This document shows, piece by piece, positions 41,445 to 53,858 of a stretch of 64,000 bases of DNA (position 1 is its first letter; each line of letters opens with the position of its first letter). A model generated the notes under the pieces. It did not search any database. It was given only the letters and a program-made list of their open reading frames with translations, and had not been told where the DNA came from. The position numbers and the translations under genes were made by a program. The DNA lies in contig OX597820.1 of NCBI GenBank assembly GCA_951406725.2, positions 78,492,001 through 78,556,000 of the forward strand, in the 5' to 3' direction. Source of the DNA: Octopus vulgaris (lineage: Eukaryota).

Positions 41445-41624
41445 CATTCATTGGATTGCAGCCATGTTGGGGCACCATCTTGAACAAATCAGCCAGAGTA
41501 TTGATTTTTAAGCCTGGTATTTATTCTAGCGATCCATCCAACTTCTTTCCTTGACTGCTACGTTAGATAGAATAAACAAATCAACGCTGGCTATCGCGCG
41601 TTGGTGGGGAAAAACAAATACAAA

Positions 41625-41691
<67 letters not shown>

Positions 41692-41850
41692 TTATGGAAA
41701 TATTTACAAAACATTCACTTAATATTTTTCTCCAATTTAATTGTTTTTCTTATTTTACTCGTAGTTGAAAAAGTCTAAAAGGCGGAAACCGGTATTAAAA
41801 TGTAATTCATGATAAAATTATTTTAGAATTTTCTACCTTGTCTTATTTTC

Positions 41851-41894
<44 letters not shown>

Positions 41895-42020
41895 ATGGGC
41901 TTCTGCACAGTTTTCGTCAATGCAATTCATTCACAATGAAAAACCCGTACCTAACCTGCCGCGCAGTGCGACCGAGCTCGAAACCAAATGGTTGCAAAGT
42001 GAGCTTCCTAACCACACCTC
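41445..42020 (-). mobile_element. Diverged SINE family A interrupted in its TA tract by a solo PLE 3' end
   Basis: SINE 3' part at 41445-41630 and 5' part at 41893-42020. Confidence 0.6.
41690..41853 (+). mobile_element. Solo Neptune-type PLE 3' end with an HHR motif (41762-41797)
   Basis: Aligns with 26990-27141; tag TTGAAAA a gtct-aaa-aggc g GAAA ccgg TA tta. Confidence 0.7.
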
Positions 42021-42916
42021 CATGTTCAACATACTAAGTACATAACAAATTACATTGGTTAGGAACTCTTCCATTGTGTTTATTACCGATTACTAACATA
42101 AGACCAAAAACCTCAAATTTTGAGGGGAGTACAGTCGGTTAGGAACGAACCACTATGTGCTCTGTTCTTTACTCCATCAGGGACAACACTGACATCACGA
42201 TATACAAGATTGGTGCTCTGACGTTCAAATAATTTCTGGTTCGTCTGTAAAAGAATTTTATCGATAACTCAAATCTGGTAAATAAAATAGACCGTTGATA
42301 ATTCACACATTAAGGTCAGATTAGAGCGGGTGAGTTCCTGTCAAGAGGTTACATGTACCTATCTCTTAAGAATAAATCAGTTACTTAACTGTCAGAGCGC
42401 ATAAGGAAAAACTTAGAATAAATCACTGTTAGCAATTCTTTCGGAGAGAAATATTTTGTGTTGTAAATAATTGATGGAAAACCCATCGGAGAAAGCAGAA
42501 TACTTCAAGCTAAAAATTTCTAAACGGTCGTGTTGTAATGGCAGTGAAGTAGAGATGTGTCATACGTTGTTGGCGCGGTATCCATTCTCTGCATCAGGTG
42601 TTTAAACTGTGCCGAGGTGAAAGTTTCCCGTTTCCTTTCACCAGCAAGAGTTCCACGAATTAAATAGAAGTCCAGTATTGAAGTCAGTTTCTCTCGCTGG
42701 CTGTGGACAGTCGCCCCAATGGCGCCCAGAGCGAGCTCTGGGCGCCATTGCGTCGACTGTGGGCATATATATATATATGCATATATATATGCCTAAAAAT
42801 ATATTCATATATATATATATATGTACATATATATATATGTACATATATGTATACAAGTATACATCTACGTATACAGATATGTGTATGAATTCAAATATAT
42901 AAGGTAATATAAGGTA

Positions 42917-43862
42917 CTAGCAGAATTACCCGGCGTTGACCGTGTTACATACAATTGAAGAATTAGACTTTTCTGTTATATTTACTGTAATGAACTGGAA
43001 TACGTATGTTTCGAATTTCATCAAATTTGCAGATGAATCTTATTTCCCTCTTTACAGACCCAAACAAAATTGTAATCTTGCCACATGTATCTCATACTCC
43101 TTATTTTTTATGCGCATATTCCAAAATTCCAGTCTTATAGCACCTGTTTCAAGGATTTTGCTCCTGGAAAATGAAAGTCAGGGAGCCCTAAAATGTGAGA
43201 GTTAAGGCCCCTGTTGGGGGTGGGCGTCTTAATGTCAACCAGAGAAGTTGAATTGTTGAGAATCTGTTTAACTTGGGTCTTATATCTATTGTTTGAATTT
43301 CTTTGAAATAGGAAATATGCGTTCACTGGGTTTGTACAAGAGAGCAAAGCTACAGGAAACCAAAAGACGAATGATCACAATAAGCAGTCAGCTACAGTGC
43401 CCTAGACGTTACCACTCCCAATGTAGGACTTAGTTTTGGATCATAAATGAAATGACTAAAATTTGGGAGTTAAGGACCCCATTAGGGTGTCTCAGAATCC
43501 CCACGTGAAGTGGAAACTTTGAGAATACTTCTTGATATGTGTCAATTACCCATGGTTGAAATTTCATCAACATCGAAAATTTATGAATTTTCATGTGGGG
43601 TTCTTCCCCCTTTAAGCCATCATAAATTCAAACCAAACATATTGCATTATACCCGCCCAATGGCATTGATTCTAAGTTTCAAATATCATAAGGATCCATT
43701 CAGAAATTTTGGTCCATGAAACTGTATGAAACACACAGCATTACCCTTCTCCCTGGGCTCCGATTTTGTGTTCCAAATTTCATTATGATCGGTGCAGCAG
43801 TTTTCGAATGTATAAGTAATACACGAACACATAAAAACATTGTCTTTGATATAATAAATATG
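42917..43862 (+). mobile_element. Non-autonomous Helitron/Helentron-like element
   Basis: 5' actagcagaattacccggcgttgaccg and 3' aaatttcattatgatcggtgcagcagtttt...acacgaacaca resemble Lep1/DINE-type ends (recalled similarity). Confidence 0.5.
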
Positions 43863-43925
43863 AATGTACACATACATATATACATGTATATATATATGTG
43901 CGTGTGCGTGCGTGTGTGTGTGTAT

Positions 43926-43967
<42 letters not shown>

Positions 43968-44044
43968 CATACTTACACACACACAAAGATAAATTGATAG
44001 ATACAACTGAGTGGGCAAACAAAAATATGAGACACAGCGTTGAT

Positions 44045-44270
44045 AAACCTGGTACTTATTCTATTAGTTTCTCTTTGTGAAACCGGTAAGTTATGGGGAT
44101 GTAAATAAACGAACACCAGTTGTGAGGCAGTGATGAGCGCGAAACACAAAGACACACACACAGACTTACATATATACATACATATATATACGATTGATTT
44201 GTTTCAGTTTCTGTCTACAAAATCCACTGACAAGGCTTTGGTTGGTCTAAGGCTATAGCAGAAGACACAT
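44045..44270 (-). mobile_element. SINE family A fragment
   Basis: gtacttattctat...aaatccactgacaaggctttgg...gaagacac. Confidence 0.7.
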
Positions 44271-44478
44271 GCCTCGTGTATGGTTTGTTACTGAACTATG
44301 CCTCATTTTGCTTTAAAAAAAAAGAACAATGTTTTAGAGAAGCGAAAGTCGGCGGGCGCTTTTCGTCTTCTCACATCCTTATCACCCTTGCATCCTTATC
44401 ATTCATCCCATTAATGTCTGTGCCCAGCCCGCAAGCTTCTCTCTGTGTGCTGCCCTTGTAGCAAATTAAATGAAATAA
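44271..44478 (+). mobile_element. 3' end of an ORF1-only element, in tandem upstream of element B
   Basis: Near-identical to the 3' end of element B (about 45983-46166); followed by agaagcttgcttc. Confidence 0.8.
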
Positions 44479-44491
44479 AGAAGCTTGCTTC

Positions 44492-46166
44492 CGGTTCCGG
44501 TTGTTCAGTGTTCTTCACTAGCCTGTTGAAGTCGTCACGCTGGTGTGCAGCTGGCGAAAATTGAATTTCTAAGACGCTCTACCGTAAGGTAAGACTTTTT
44601 GCTCATTGAGTCCAGTAGGATTTGTTGCTTGTAGGTTTTATTTTTTTGTACAAGAAAGGAGTCCTTACTGGATTCGGAGCTTTTTGTCTGCCTTGCGGTG
44701 GAGACGTGTGTGTTTTCTCACATAATTGTGAGAAATTATTTAATTCTCTGTGGATTATTGGCCAGGAGTACCCTTCGGTCGAAAATTAATTTCTTTGTCA
44801 GCATTTGAACTCTTTTTCACAGCTATCATTTATTTTGAAAAAAAAAAGAACTTTATTGAACTGTTATTTTTTCTTTTTCTTCCCTTCTGTTTTGTCTTTC
44901 CTTCTTTTTTTGTGTACCGTTTTTCATTTGAAACCGTATTGTGAACTGTATTTGAACTTTAAAAAAAATGGCTAAGGAATTAGTAGTGTGGGAATTAACA
45001 CCTCCCAAAACATGGATAAAAGAGCTCGAAAGGAAGACGGTGGTGTTGAGGACTTATTCAAATCGATCGATACCATAACCGTCTTCCCGAAAGCCACAGT
45101 TCTGAAGGAGCTGGTAGAGTACATGCCAACCATTAAATTTGTTTCACGGAGAGTCAAATTTGCAACGGTCTGATTGCTATTTAACTCCCCCCAAGAAGCT
45201 TGCCAATTTGCAAGCCGGTCCCTGGAGGGCAAGGAAATTATGTTTCTTTCAAGTTATTGTGGGAAGAAGTTAATGAGGGCTTGGGTCTGCGGTTTGCCAC
45301 CCGGAATTGAGCCCGAGTGGATAGAGGATTCTATCCGCCGGGGTCTGGGTGGTAGCAGTACCAAGCTGCTCCCGAGAACTGCGGGAGAAAAGGAGGACCT
45401 GCTGGGTACAGCAAAGGAACACCACCCTCCCGCGGCCCAAGGGAAAAAGAAAAGAAAAAGGAAAAACGGAACATTGCCGGCGGGTTGTGATGCGCTGCCG
45501 GCGTGTCCCGATTCCCCTTCGGTGGGTGTGCCGCTGGAGGAGGAATTTTTGTTCCCCTTCCACAAGGGAGGAACTTTGCAGAATGAAATTAAAAAATTTG
45601 AAAGGAAGGGCCGGTGGGAGGGGCTTCTGTCCTGCACGGGGGACCCTGAGTGGCCTTCGTAGGTGGCTGCGAAGGTCTTATGGGATAATGATCTATGCAG
45701 GATAATGAATTCCTTCCCAGTGGACTCCTATAGATATATGGCCAAGTGGTCCGGCTTGGAACCGAATAGAAGCTTCGATGAAGCAAGGAGCCTCGTCGGA
45801 CGGAAAACTTGAAGTATTGGACGTTTGGACTCAAAAAGAGTCTACAAAATGTAAAAAAAGTGAGAGGTTTATTGCCTCGTGTATGTGATTTTTTTCAATG
45901 TTGAACTATGTACGAGATTTATAGCCTCATTGTGCTTTAAAAAGAAAAATAAAGAATTCTGATCTATGTAAGTGGTTTATTGCCTCATTGTGTTTTTTAT
46001 AAAAAAAAAAAGAACAATGTTTTAGAGAAGCGAAAGTCAGCGGGCGCTTTTCGTCTTCTCCCATCCTTATCATCCTTGCATCCTTATCATTCATCCCATT
46101 AATGTCTGTGTCCAGCCCGCAAGCTTCTCTCCGTGTGCTGCCCTTGTGGGAAATTAAATGAAATAA
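44492..46166 (+). mobile_element. Non-autonomous ORF1-only element B (internally deleted)
   Basis: ORF pieces 44988-45173 and 45174-45662 are homologous to element A; exact 13-bp flanking repeat agaagcttgcttc (44479-44491 / 46167-46179); the SINE continues downstream. Confidence 0.8.
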
Positions 46167-46371
46167 AGAAGCTTGCTTCTCGACTGCATGTTTTCGTCTT
46201 TAGTCCCATTGCTTGGCACCTTGGGCAAGTATCTTCTACTATAGCCTAGTGCCTGCCAAGACCTTGTGAATGGATCTGGTAGACGGAAACTAAAACAAGC
46301 CTTTCCTGTGTGTATGTGTATATCTCTGCCACCACCACAACCATCACCGCTTGACAACGGGTGTTGATGTG

Positions 46372-46372
<1 letters not shown>
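46167..46372 (+). mobile_element. SINE family A lacking its first bases (target of element B)
   Basis: agtcccattgcttggcaccttgggcaagt...ggtagacggaaact. Confidence 0.75.
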
Positions 46373-46408
<36 letters not shown>

Positions 46409-46696
46409 TGAATATAAGAATGATGATTATGATAATCGCCCCCATCTTGTCAGGTAACAATCTCACATTCAGAACAACACACTTTTACGTCATTAGATTC
46501 AAGTGACAAAAGCTCGTACGACACTTGGGCCACACTCTTTGGTCGCCATAGAATGTTCCAGTAACAAGCACTGCAAGACGTCTGAAACTATTTTCACGGC
46601 AACGTTTACGTCGGAGTATCATTTCTTTTGAAGCGCTGCCTTCCCCACCAATTTGTCAAGACTAAAAGGGGGGCACCTCTACCACTGGGAAATCTA

Positions 46697-46948
46697 TTGG
46701 GTTGGCGCATAATCATTGCGGATTTTTTTTAACAAATTTTATTCTGCAAAAACAATAACAACGTGTAAGAAAAACATCTTTAAATGATTATTCCGGAGCA
46801 TATTCACCATCTACTTCAATTACTGCTTCCCATTTGTTTGGCAGACGCTCAGACCATCATTTAAAGATGTTTTTGTTAAATATTGTTGTTGTTTTTGTTG
46901 AATAGAATTTGTTTAATAAAAAGCCGCAATAATTATGCACCAACCCAA
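46697..46948. mobile_element. Mariner-type MITE
   Basis: TIRs ttgggttggcgcataatcattgcgg / ccgcaataattatgcaccaacccaa, extended imperfect inverted arms and a TA TSD. Confidence 0.85.
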
Positions 46949-48290
46949 TATTTGATTCATAAATGGGACTCTGACAGACACTGGCGTTCCGGGTAGGAAC
47001 AGACTTGGAAGCAATGGTGATTTAGTGGTGACTCCACACACCCCACAACTCCAGACCTCCCCCTAACATGAGCTTCCTCACCAGATGCAGTTTCACGCCG
47101 TACCTATAACTCTGTCTGTGTGTGTATATATACACATGTATAAGTGTATATGTGCGTTTCTTGGCATTTGTGTTAATCACACATCGTCGATTGACAACCG
47201 ATGTTCGTTTGTTTATATCCACACCACGTAGCGGTTCGACAAAAAAGGGAATTAGAATATGTACTACATTTTAATAATAAGCACTGTAGGCAATTTGCTC
47301 GGCTAAATTGGTTCAAAGCAGTATTACTGTGCTCGAAACCTTTTACTTCTTATTACACAACCACATCTTCACCTTTGGGCAAGTGGCACAGTGGTTATTG
47401 TGGTTTCGATTCCTTGACCGGGCGATGTGTTGTGTTCTCGAGTAAAGATACAAAAAAAGGACTTCATTTCAACTTGCTATTGTCCACTCAGCTGGCATCC
47501 CACCGAGCAGGAAATACATACGCCACAGATTCCCGCCAACTAGCCTATGACTCGGGAAGGACCCACGACTTTTTTGCATATGTGTATAATAGATAGATCG
47601 ATAGATCTGTGTGTATTGATGTGAACATATACTTGCACATGTCTGTATATGTGCGTCTGTGTGTGTATACATTATACATATGCATTCATATTACGTATGT
47701 ATCTGTGCATGTCTCTTCTGTATTGAATCATTTAAATTCCTCCTCTGAAGGAGCTGGTTTCTGGCATCGATACAAAACTCCATCAATGGAATGTAGATAA
47801 CGAAAAAATGTCACATTTGTATGTACTTACGTACGTACGCATGTATGGATGGATGGATGGATGGATGGATGGATGGATGGATGGATGGATGGATGGATGG
47901 ATGGATGGACGGGTGGTTGGGTGGATTTGTGAAAATGCGTAGAATCTATATATCTTTTTATTGAACTGACGGAAGGAATAATTCTTTCCTGTTGGGAATA
48001 GAAATCAGACGGAGTATATATATTCTGGTGTATTTACAACACTCTTCTATCGATTAGAAATTCAGTCGCTGTTGATTTGTTGAATCTTTGTGATTTAATT
48101 ATGAATTATAACTTAATAACAATTATAATGATAATATGAAATAATTTAATGAAGATAAAGGACTCATAGGATTTTACAGATCTTCCTTGATTAAAATATG
48201 AAAGAATTTCTAAAACATAAAATATGTCTAATACCCGAAGATCTCTCGTGAATTAGAGCGCAATTTCGACTGAAGTGAATGAAATATATA

Positions 48291-49365
48291 TTGGGTTGTC
48301 AGAAACATTTACTCTTTTACTCTTTACTCTTTTACTTGTTTCAGTCATTTTGACTGAGGCCATGCTGGAGCACCGCCTTTAGTCGAGCAAATCGACCCCG
48401 GGACTTATTCTTTGTAAGCCCAGTACTTATTCTATCGGTCTCTTTTGCCGAACCGCTAAGTGACGGGGACGTAAACATACCAGCATCGGTTATCAAGCAA
48501 ACCGTTCACTTCTTTGTTCACTTCTTGTTCACTTCCTTTACTTCTTGTTCACTTCTTGTTTCACTTCTTTCCAGCGTCATTTGAATTAGTACAAAAATAC
48601 TCTTATCACAACGTTTCACGTTTTGTAGTAACTCTATTCTTTCTCTACAATTATTGTGTATTGTTCTTGGTATTTGAATAAATTTGACCTCTTCTCAGAT
48701 ATATGACAATAGAGTGCCATGCAGAATTTTTAAAATGACCATACTCGACGCGTGCTTCTTTTTGCTTTCAATCAATGTTTCAAGGCTGCCAAAGTTGCTC
48801 GAGACGTTTTTTGTTGGGTAGAGAGAAGGTTCTATTACCAAAAGAACGCCACTGAAATGGTTTTCACGCTTCAAGGAGGGGAAATTCGATCTCGTAGACG
48901 CTCCAAAAGGATATCTTGAACGAGCTCATCCACAAGAATGCGCACCAATCCACTAGCAAATTGCCCCAGCAGATAGGATACTTTCATAATACCTTCCTTG
49001 TCACCTTCACTCAATGGGTAAGGTGCAAACGATCCCACCAGCGAGACGGCGTGCTTTTTCAACACCACAACGCTTGCCGCCCCATCCCGTTCACTAATAC
49101 AAGAGATTCGGTTGGCGAAGTTCTACTGCACCCAACATATTCTCCTTTAGATTGTTACCTTTTCGATCGCTTTTCAACAGCATCACGGAGCTGAGGACGT
49201 GCGCGATGTCAAGAATCAAGACCTTGTAATTTCTTCCAGAAAGTGGAATATTGGCAAGGGGTTGTGAACAAAGAAGGAGAATATGACTGATTTGTTAAAA
49301 TTGTTGATGAAATTAAGGATTAAAATAAATGTAAAAAAAAACGAAGGATTGTATCTGACAATACT
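48291..49365 (+). mobile_element. Degenerate mariner element interrupted by a SINE A 3' fragment (48308-48500, -)
   Basis: TA-ttgggttgtcagaaa left end; WFSRFKEGKFDL helix-turn-helix region; QHHNA and LHPTYSP motifs. Confidence 0.7.
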
Positions 49366-49719
49366 CCTCGCTAGGTAGGAAACCAGTCGTTCGTAAATAC
49401 ATTTCCGTATTATAAGGTACCCAATCCCAAGTTGAGACGATTACATTGTTTATGTTGTTTAACTTTGATAGAGAAGACAGTGCTATGATCAATGTGATTC
49501 TAGCCATAAACATTTCGACTTCTCTCATTTCTAGAAGTGTTATTTCCTCACAGCTAATGTGTGATTTAAGAATGATTTCGCTGCTATTTCTGTCAGAAAG
49601 AAACTGAAGAGTCACATACAGAAACACAACGAAGAATTTAACTCAGCACAGCAACGTAGCGAAACAGTCGTAAGTTCTAGGGTGTTACTAGTCCTAAGAG
49701 CTGCGAAGAAAACCATTTG

Positions 49720-50460
49720 TAACACTTAGAGCTTCGTAACTACAAAAGATAAAGGCGACTCACGTTCATAATCATAAACAGAGACAGAAAATTCCATACT
49801 CAAAGAAACCTTATTTGTGCAACAAATAAGCAACATCATAAGTGTACAATATATTACATCAACCATGGATGATGCTAGTTGTTTTGAGAACCCAGTCCTC
49901 CACATCAAACCACATCAGAATTTAAGAACGTAAGCAGCACACTTCGCATTGTTAGTGATCACATCGACGAGCGGTACTCATAAGGATAAAGATTCTCTGG
50001 ACATTTGAGAGAAAAAGTTATCGCAGTGACATACACCAACGCTCACAGTCTCCCACAATATGAAGACATATTTGCAACACCGCAAGACACTACTTCACCA
50101 TCATTCTATAAACACTAGGTCACCTCTTTTACTTATTCTCGAATACAAAACCGAAAAAAAGCACCCGTGTCAACAATCAAAGAAGCCCTCCTGGCTGCAC
50201 ATCCCTATAAATAGACTCTAAGGGAGAGCAACCGAGTCCACCTTCTTTGCGCCAGATCAGGTTACACGTCGGTCATATTGGAGTAGATTGGACTATAAAA
50301 ACAATGGAGTATGCATTAGAGCCGGACACATTGTATCCCCAACACAATGCATTCCATAAATTCAAGCGATAAGTAACTACCAACGATAGAGAATTGTGGT
50401 ATATCTGGAACAAAGGTTTTGAAGATCTTCCTTGGGTATTCAATGAGCTATCGACGTTCT
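49720..50460 (+). pseudogene. Highly degenerate PLE-like RT remnant
   Basis: Ordered traces of DKG, LRIVS, IKDSLD and IWNKGFEDL across frame breaks. Confidence 0.4.
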
Positions 50461-51299
50461 ATAAACCTGTTTGAGTAATACTAACATGGGTTACGACAAC
50501 ATCAAGTATATTGCAAAAATTGTAAGGCGAACTCCACCCACATCTCGAATGTTCGTCCGAATTACGTTGGGCGCAGACAGAGCCGTATTGTTACAAGTTC
50601 GTTTCAATCGGACCGCATGGAAACTTAGGTTAGTGTTTTCTACGGTGTTGTTGAGCCAACCAATTCGTTGTTAGTATTTGGTTGACGCAAATTTTGCGAC
50701 AGTCCATTGTGTATCTGTGTGTACATGCGTGTAGTATGTCTATGTGTGTATGCGGTATATTTTTCCATGCATCATATAAAAAAACTGAACATAAAAAAGT
50801 AGTTCAAAGAAGCTTTTATTCCTGATAGTTTTAATATTTTACATGAAACAGAATTTTTACTCGGTTACCAAACAGTAATAATATATTTGTTAATATAAGG
50901 TCTCCGGTGGACAATTAAATTTACTGAGTAAAGTCTGCTTGTGAATGAATGGAAAGCATGCCGAACGCAATATTTGTACAGACGAACAAAGAAATCGGTC
51001 AACGAAAACGAGAAGCGCTGTACAACAAAACAAAATGTGTATGCAGAGACAAAAATAGTAAAATTAACGACGAAAAGGTTCTAAGTTCGGTTGTAGTGTC
51101 AAAAGGAAGGTAGGTGTAAACATAAACAAATGTGTTCGTCAGTGCAAAGACTATACAGAAGAGAAAACTGCTGAATAAGAACTCTTAATAAAGGACATGC
51201 GAAAAATGCGAGAATACCATGTGACCGATGAAGACCCAACCAGCAACAAGACAGCTCTGGTAGAAGTAAAAACAGTTTGCGCAGCTTAATTTATTTTTC

Positions 51300-51498
51300 T
51301 AAATTTGGCAAAAGGCCTGCAATGTTGAGAGGACGCAGAGGTCGATTACATCGACCCAGTGCTCTACTGGCACTTATTCAATAGACCCCCGAAAGGATGA
51401 AACGTAAAGTTGTCCGCGGCAGCATTTGAACTCAGGATGTAAAACCGTAAGAAGAGTCGCTAAGTGTTTTGTCCAGTATGCTAACGATTCCGCCAGCT
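51300..51498 (-). mobile_element. SINE family B
   Basis: Reverse complement of gagctggcggaatcgttagc...tcctttcggggg. Confidence 0.7.
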
Positions 51499-51659
51499 CA
51501 GGCCCAGATAGATTGAGATGTACTCTGCGCATGTGCGCGAAAGAGATCTGGATGAGGAGCAATGTACAGTGAAGTGACTTGTTCAAGGACACAACGAGCC
51601 ATCCAGCCGAGGAACTGAACCTACTACATTATGAACCGAGCCATAGAGCCATGCACGTA

Positions 51660-52041
51660 GCACTCCGTCGGTTACGACGATGAGGGTTCCAGTTGATCCG
51701 ATCAGCGGAACAGCCTGCTCGTGAAATTAACGTGCAAGTGGCTGAGTACTCCACAGACACATATACCCTTAACGTAGTTCTCGAGGAGATTCAGCATGAC
51801 ACATAGTGTGACAAGGCTGGCCCCTTTGAAATGCAGGTACAAGAGAATCAAGAAGAAAGAGTAAAGGAAAGTTGTGGTGAAAGAGTGCAGCATGGTTCTC
51901 CACCACCCCCTAACGGAGCCTCGTGGAGCTTTAGGGGTTTTCGCTCAATAAACACTCACAACGCCCGGTCTGGGAATCGCAAACCGAGATCCCACGACCG
52001 CGCGAGTCTGCTACCTTAACCACTGGGCCATTTCGCCTCCA
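51660..52041 (-). mobile_element. SINE family C head with body type 2
   Basis: Head matches 28421-28600; the body differs (gtctgtggagtactcagccacttgcacgttaatttcacgagcaggc). Confidence 0.75.
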
Positions 52042-52821
52042 CATAAAGCAAAATGCTACTTAAAACGAAAGAAAGGAAGGAAGAGAACAGAACAAGATTG
52101 TTTAAAACTTTTGTTACAACAATCTGACTTTGAAATATTACACATCAGGGAGTTTCCTACAACATAAGAAGTAATTTATATGCAAAAGGGCGACAAGACT
52201 TCCAAAGGAGGGATTGGAGAGGTAACCTAATTAAGATAATTGAAAAGAAAGCAAAGCTGCGCATGTCTCACTGTTCTCAATAGCTCATCTGAATCCCTAA
52301 TAGCTAAATCTATGCATATGTAACTTGTCTTGATACAAAAGAGTCTATGAGTGTATAAGAGGACGGGTGGGTGTTAACGAGGTATGGCGTGGGTTTAAAC
52401 TGATTAATATGTATGGCAAACCATCGTTACGTAGATGCAATTTGTAAAACTTAATCAACATCGGAATATTTAATAGTTAAATTCACTCATTTGTTCTTCG
52501 CCTTTCTTTCACTGTTTCATTCTTTCAATGAATATATTTCTGAGGAGAGGATGACTAGTCATATGTGCGCATGCTTGCGTGGGTGTGTGTGTGTGTGATT
52601 TTGCTCGTTAATAAAACACTTACTTCAAAGCTTCCATTCATGTGTGTGCGTGTATACGTGTATGTATATATATATGTGTGTGTGTGTGTATGTATGTATA
52701 TGCATATATGTATATACAGTTATATATAAATTTACATGTATATATATGTATATAAATATTTATCCAAAAATTAATTTGTATACGTATTACTATTTATATA
52801 CATGTATATGTATATATATAA

Positions 52822-52855
<34 letters not shown>

Positions 52856-53300
52856 ATAGATAAATATATACACATATGTATAGATATAAATATATATATA
52901 TATATACATAAGTATAGATATAAATATATATATGTGTGTGTAGATAAATATATATACATATGTATATATAAAAATATATATATACATATGTAGAGATATA
53001 CACATTTATACATATGCATAGATATAAATATGCATACATATGTATAGATATAAATATGTACATTCACATACACATATATGAAAGTGGAACACCAAACTTC
53101 AAGATGAATTATTGAACGCATTAATTTATTAATGCCGCACTTATATGATTCTTTAAAATAAATTTGGCTCCAATAAACAATTTTAAAAAACACTATATAG
53201 CCCTAGGAAGCATCGACGCTTCCTGTCGGCTTTGTCACATTTCCTGTGTCCTTATATTTGCGAAGGGGAGGCAAGCACCCCCACCATCTAGGACTAGCAA

Positions 53301-53346
53301 CCTGAAGACATGCATGTTTCTGGGTCTTGCCCGTCATCAGTCCAGG
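53301..53346 (-). ncRNA. Type I hammerhead ribozyme
   Basis: Reverse complement: cctgga CTGATGA c ggg-caaga-ccc a GAAA catgcatg TC ttcagg. Confidence 0.85.
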
Positions 53347-53514
53347 GTAGCGAGTCCCGCTAGTTGAGATACCTGCCAAGCCTTCGCAAATATATATATA
53401 TTTACAGTGAAATCTATTCACTGGTCACCGTAATTAGAAATATTGAATTTCTAAATGTCTCAAAGAGACATGAGCGAAGGCTTGGCAGGTATCTCAACTA
53501 GCGGGACTCGCTAC

Positions 53515-53560
53515 CCTGGACTGATGACGGGCAAGACCCAGAAACATGCATATCTTCAGG
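53515..53560 (+). ncRNA. Type I hammerhead ribozyme with a G>A change at the base of stem III
   Basis: cctgga CTGATGA cgggcaagaccca GAAA catgcata TC ttcagg. Confidence 0.75.
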
Positions 53561-53858
53561 TTGTTAGTCCTAGCTGGTGGGGGCGCTTGCCTCTCCTTCG
53601 CAAATATAAGGACACAGGAAATGTGTCAAAGCCAACAGGAAGCGTCGATGCTTCCTTGGGCTATATAGCGTTGGTGTAATTCCATTACGGGACTGTCACG
53701 TTATGTTGACATACAACCACTCTATCGCTCCACCACCGCTCATGTCTCTTTGAGACATTTAGAAATTCAATATTTCTAATTACGGTGACCACTGAATAAA
53801 TTTCACTGTAAATATATATATTTGCGAAGGCTTGGCAGGCATCTCAACTGGCAGGCTC

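Noticed and set aside
44271-46179. LTR retrotransposon suggested by roughly 200-bp direct repeats
   Set aside because: No TG..CA termini, PBS or pol; the repeats are 3' ends of tandem non-LTR insertions.
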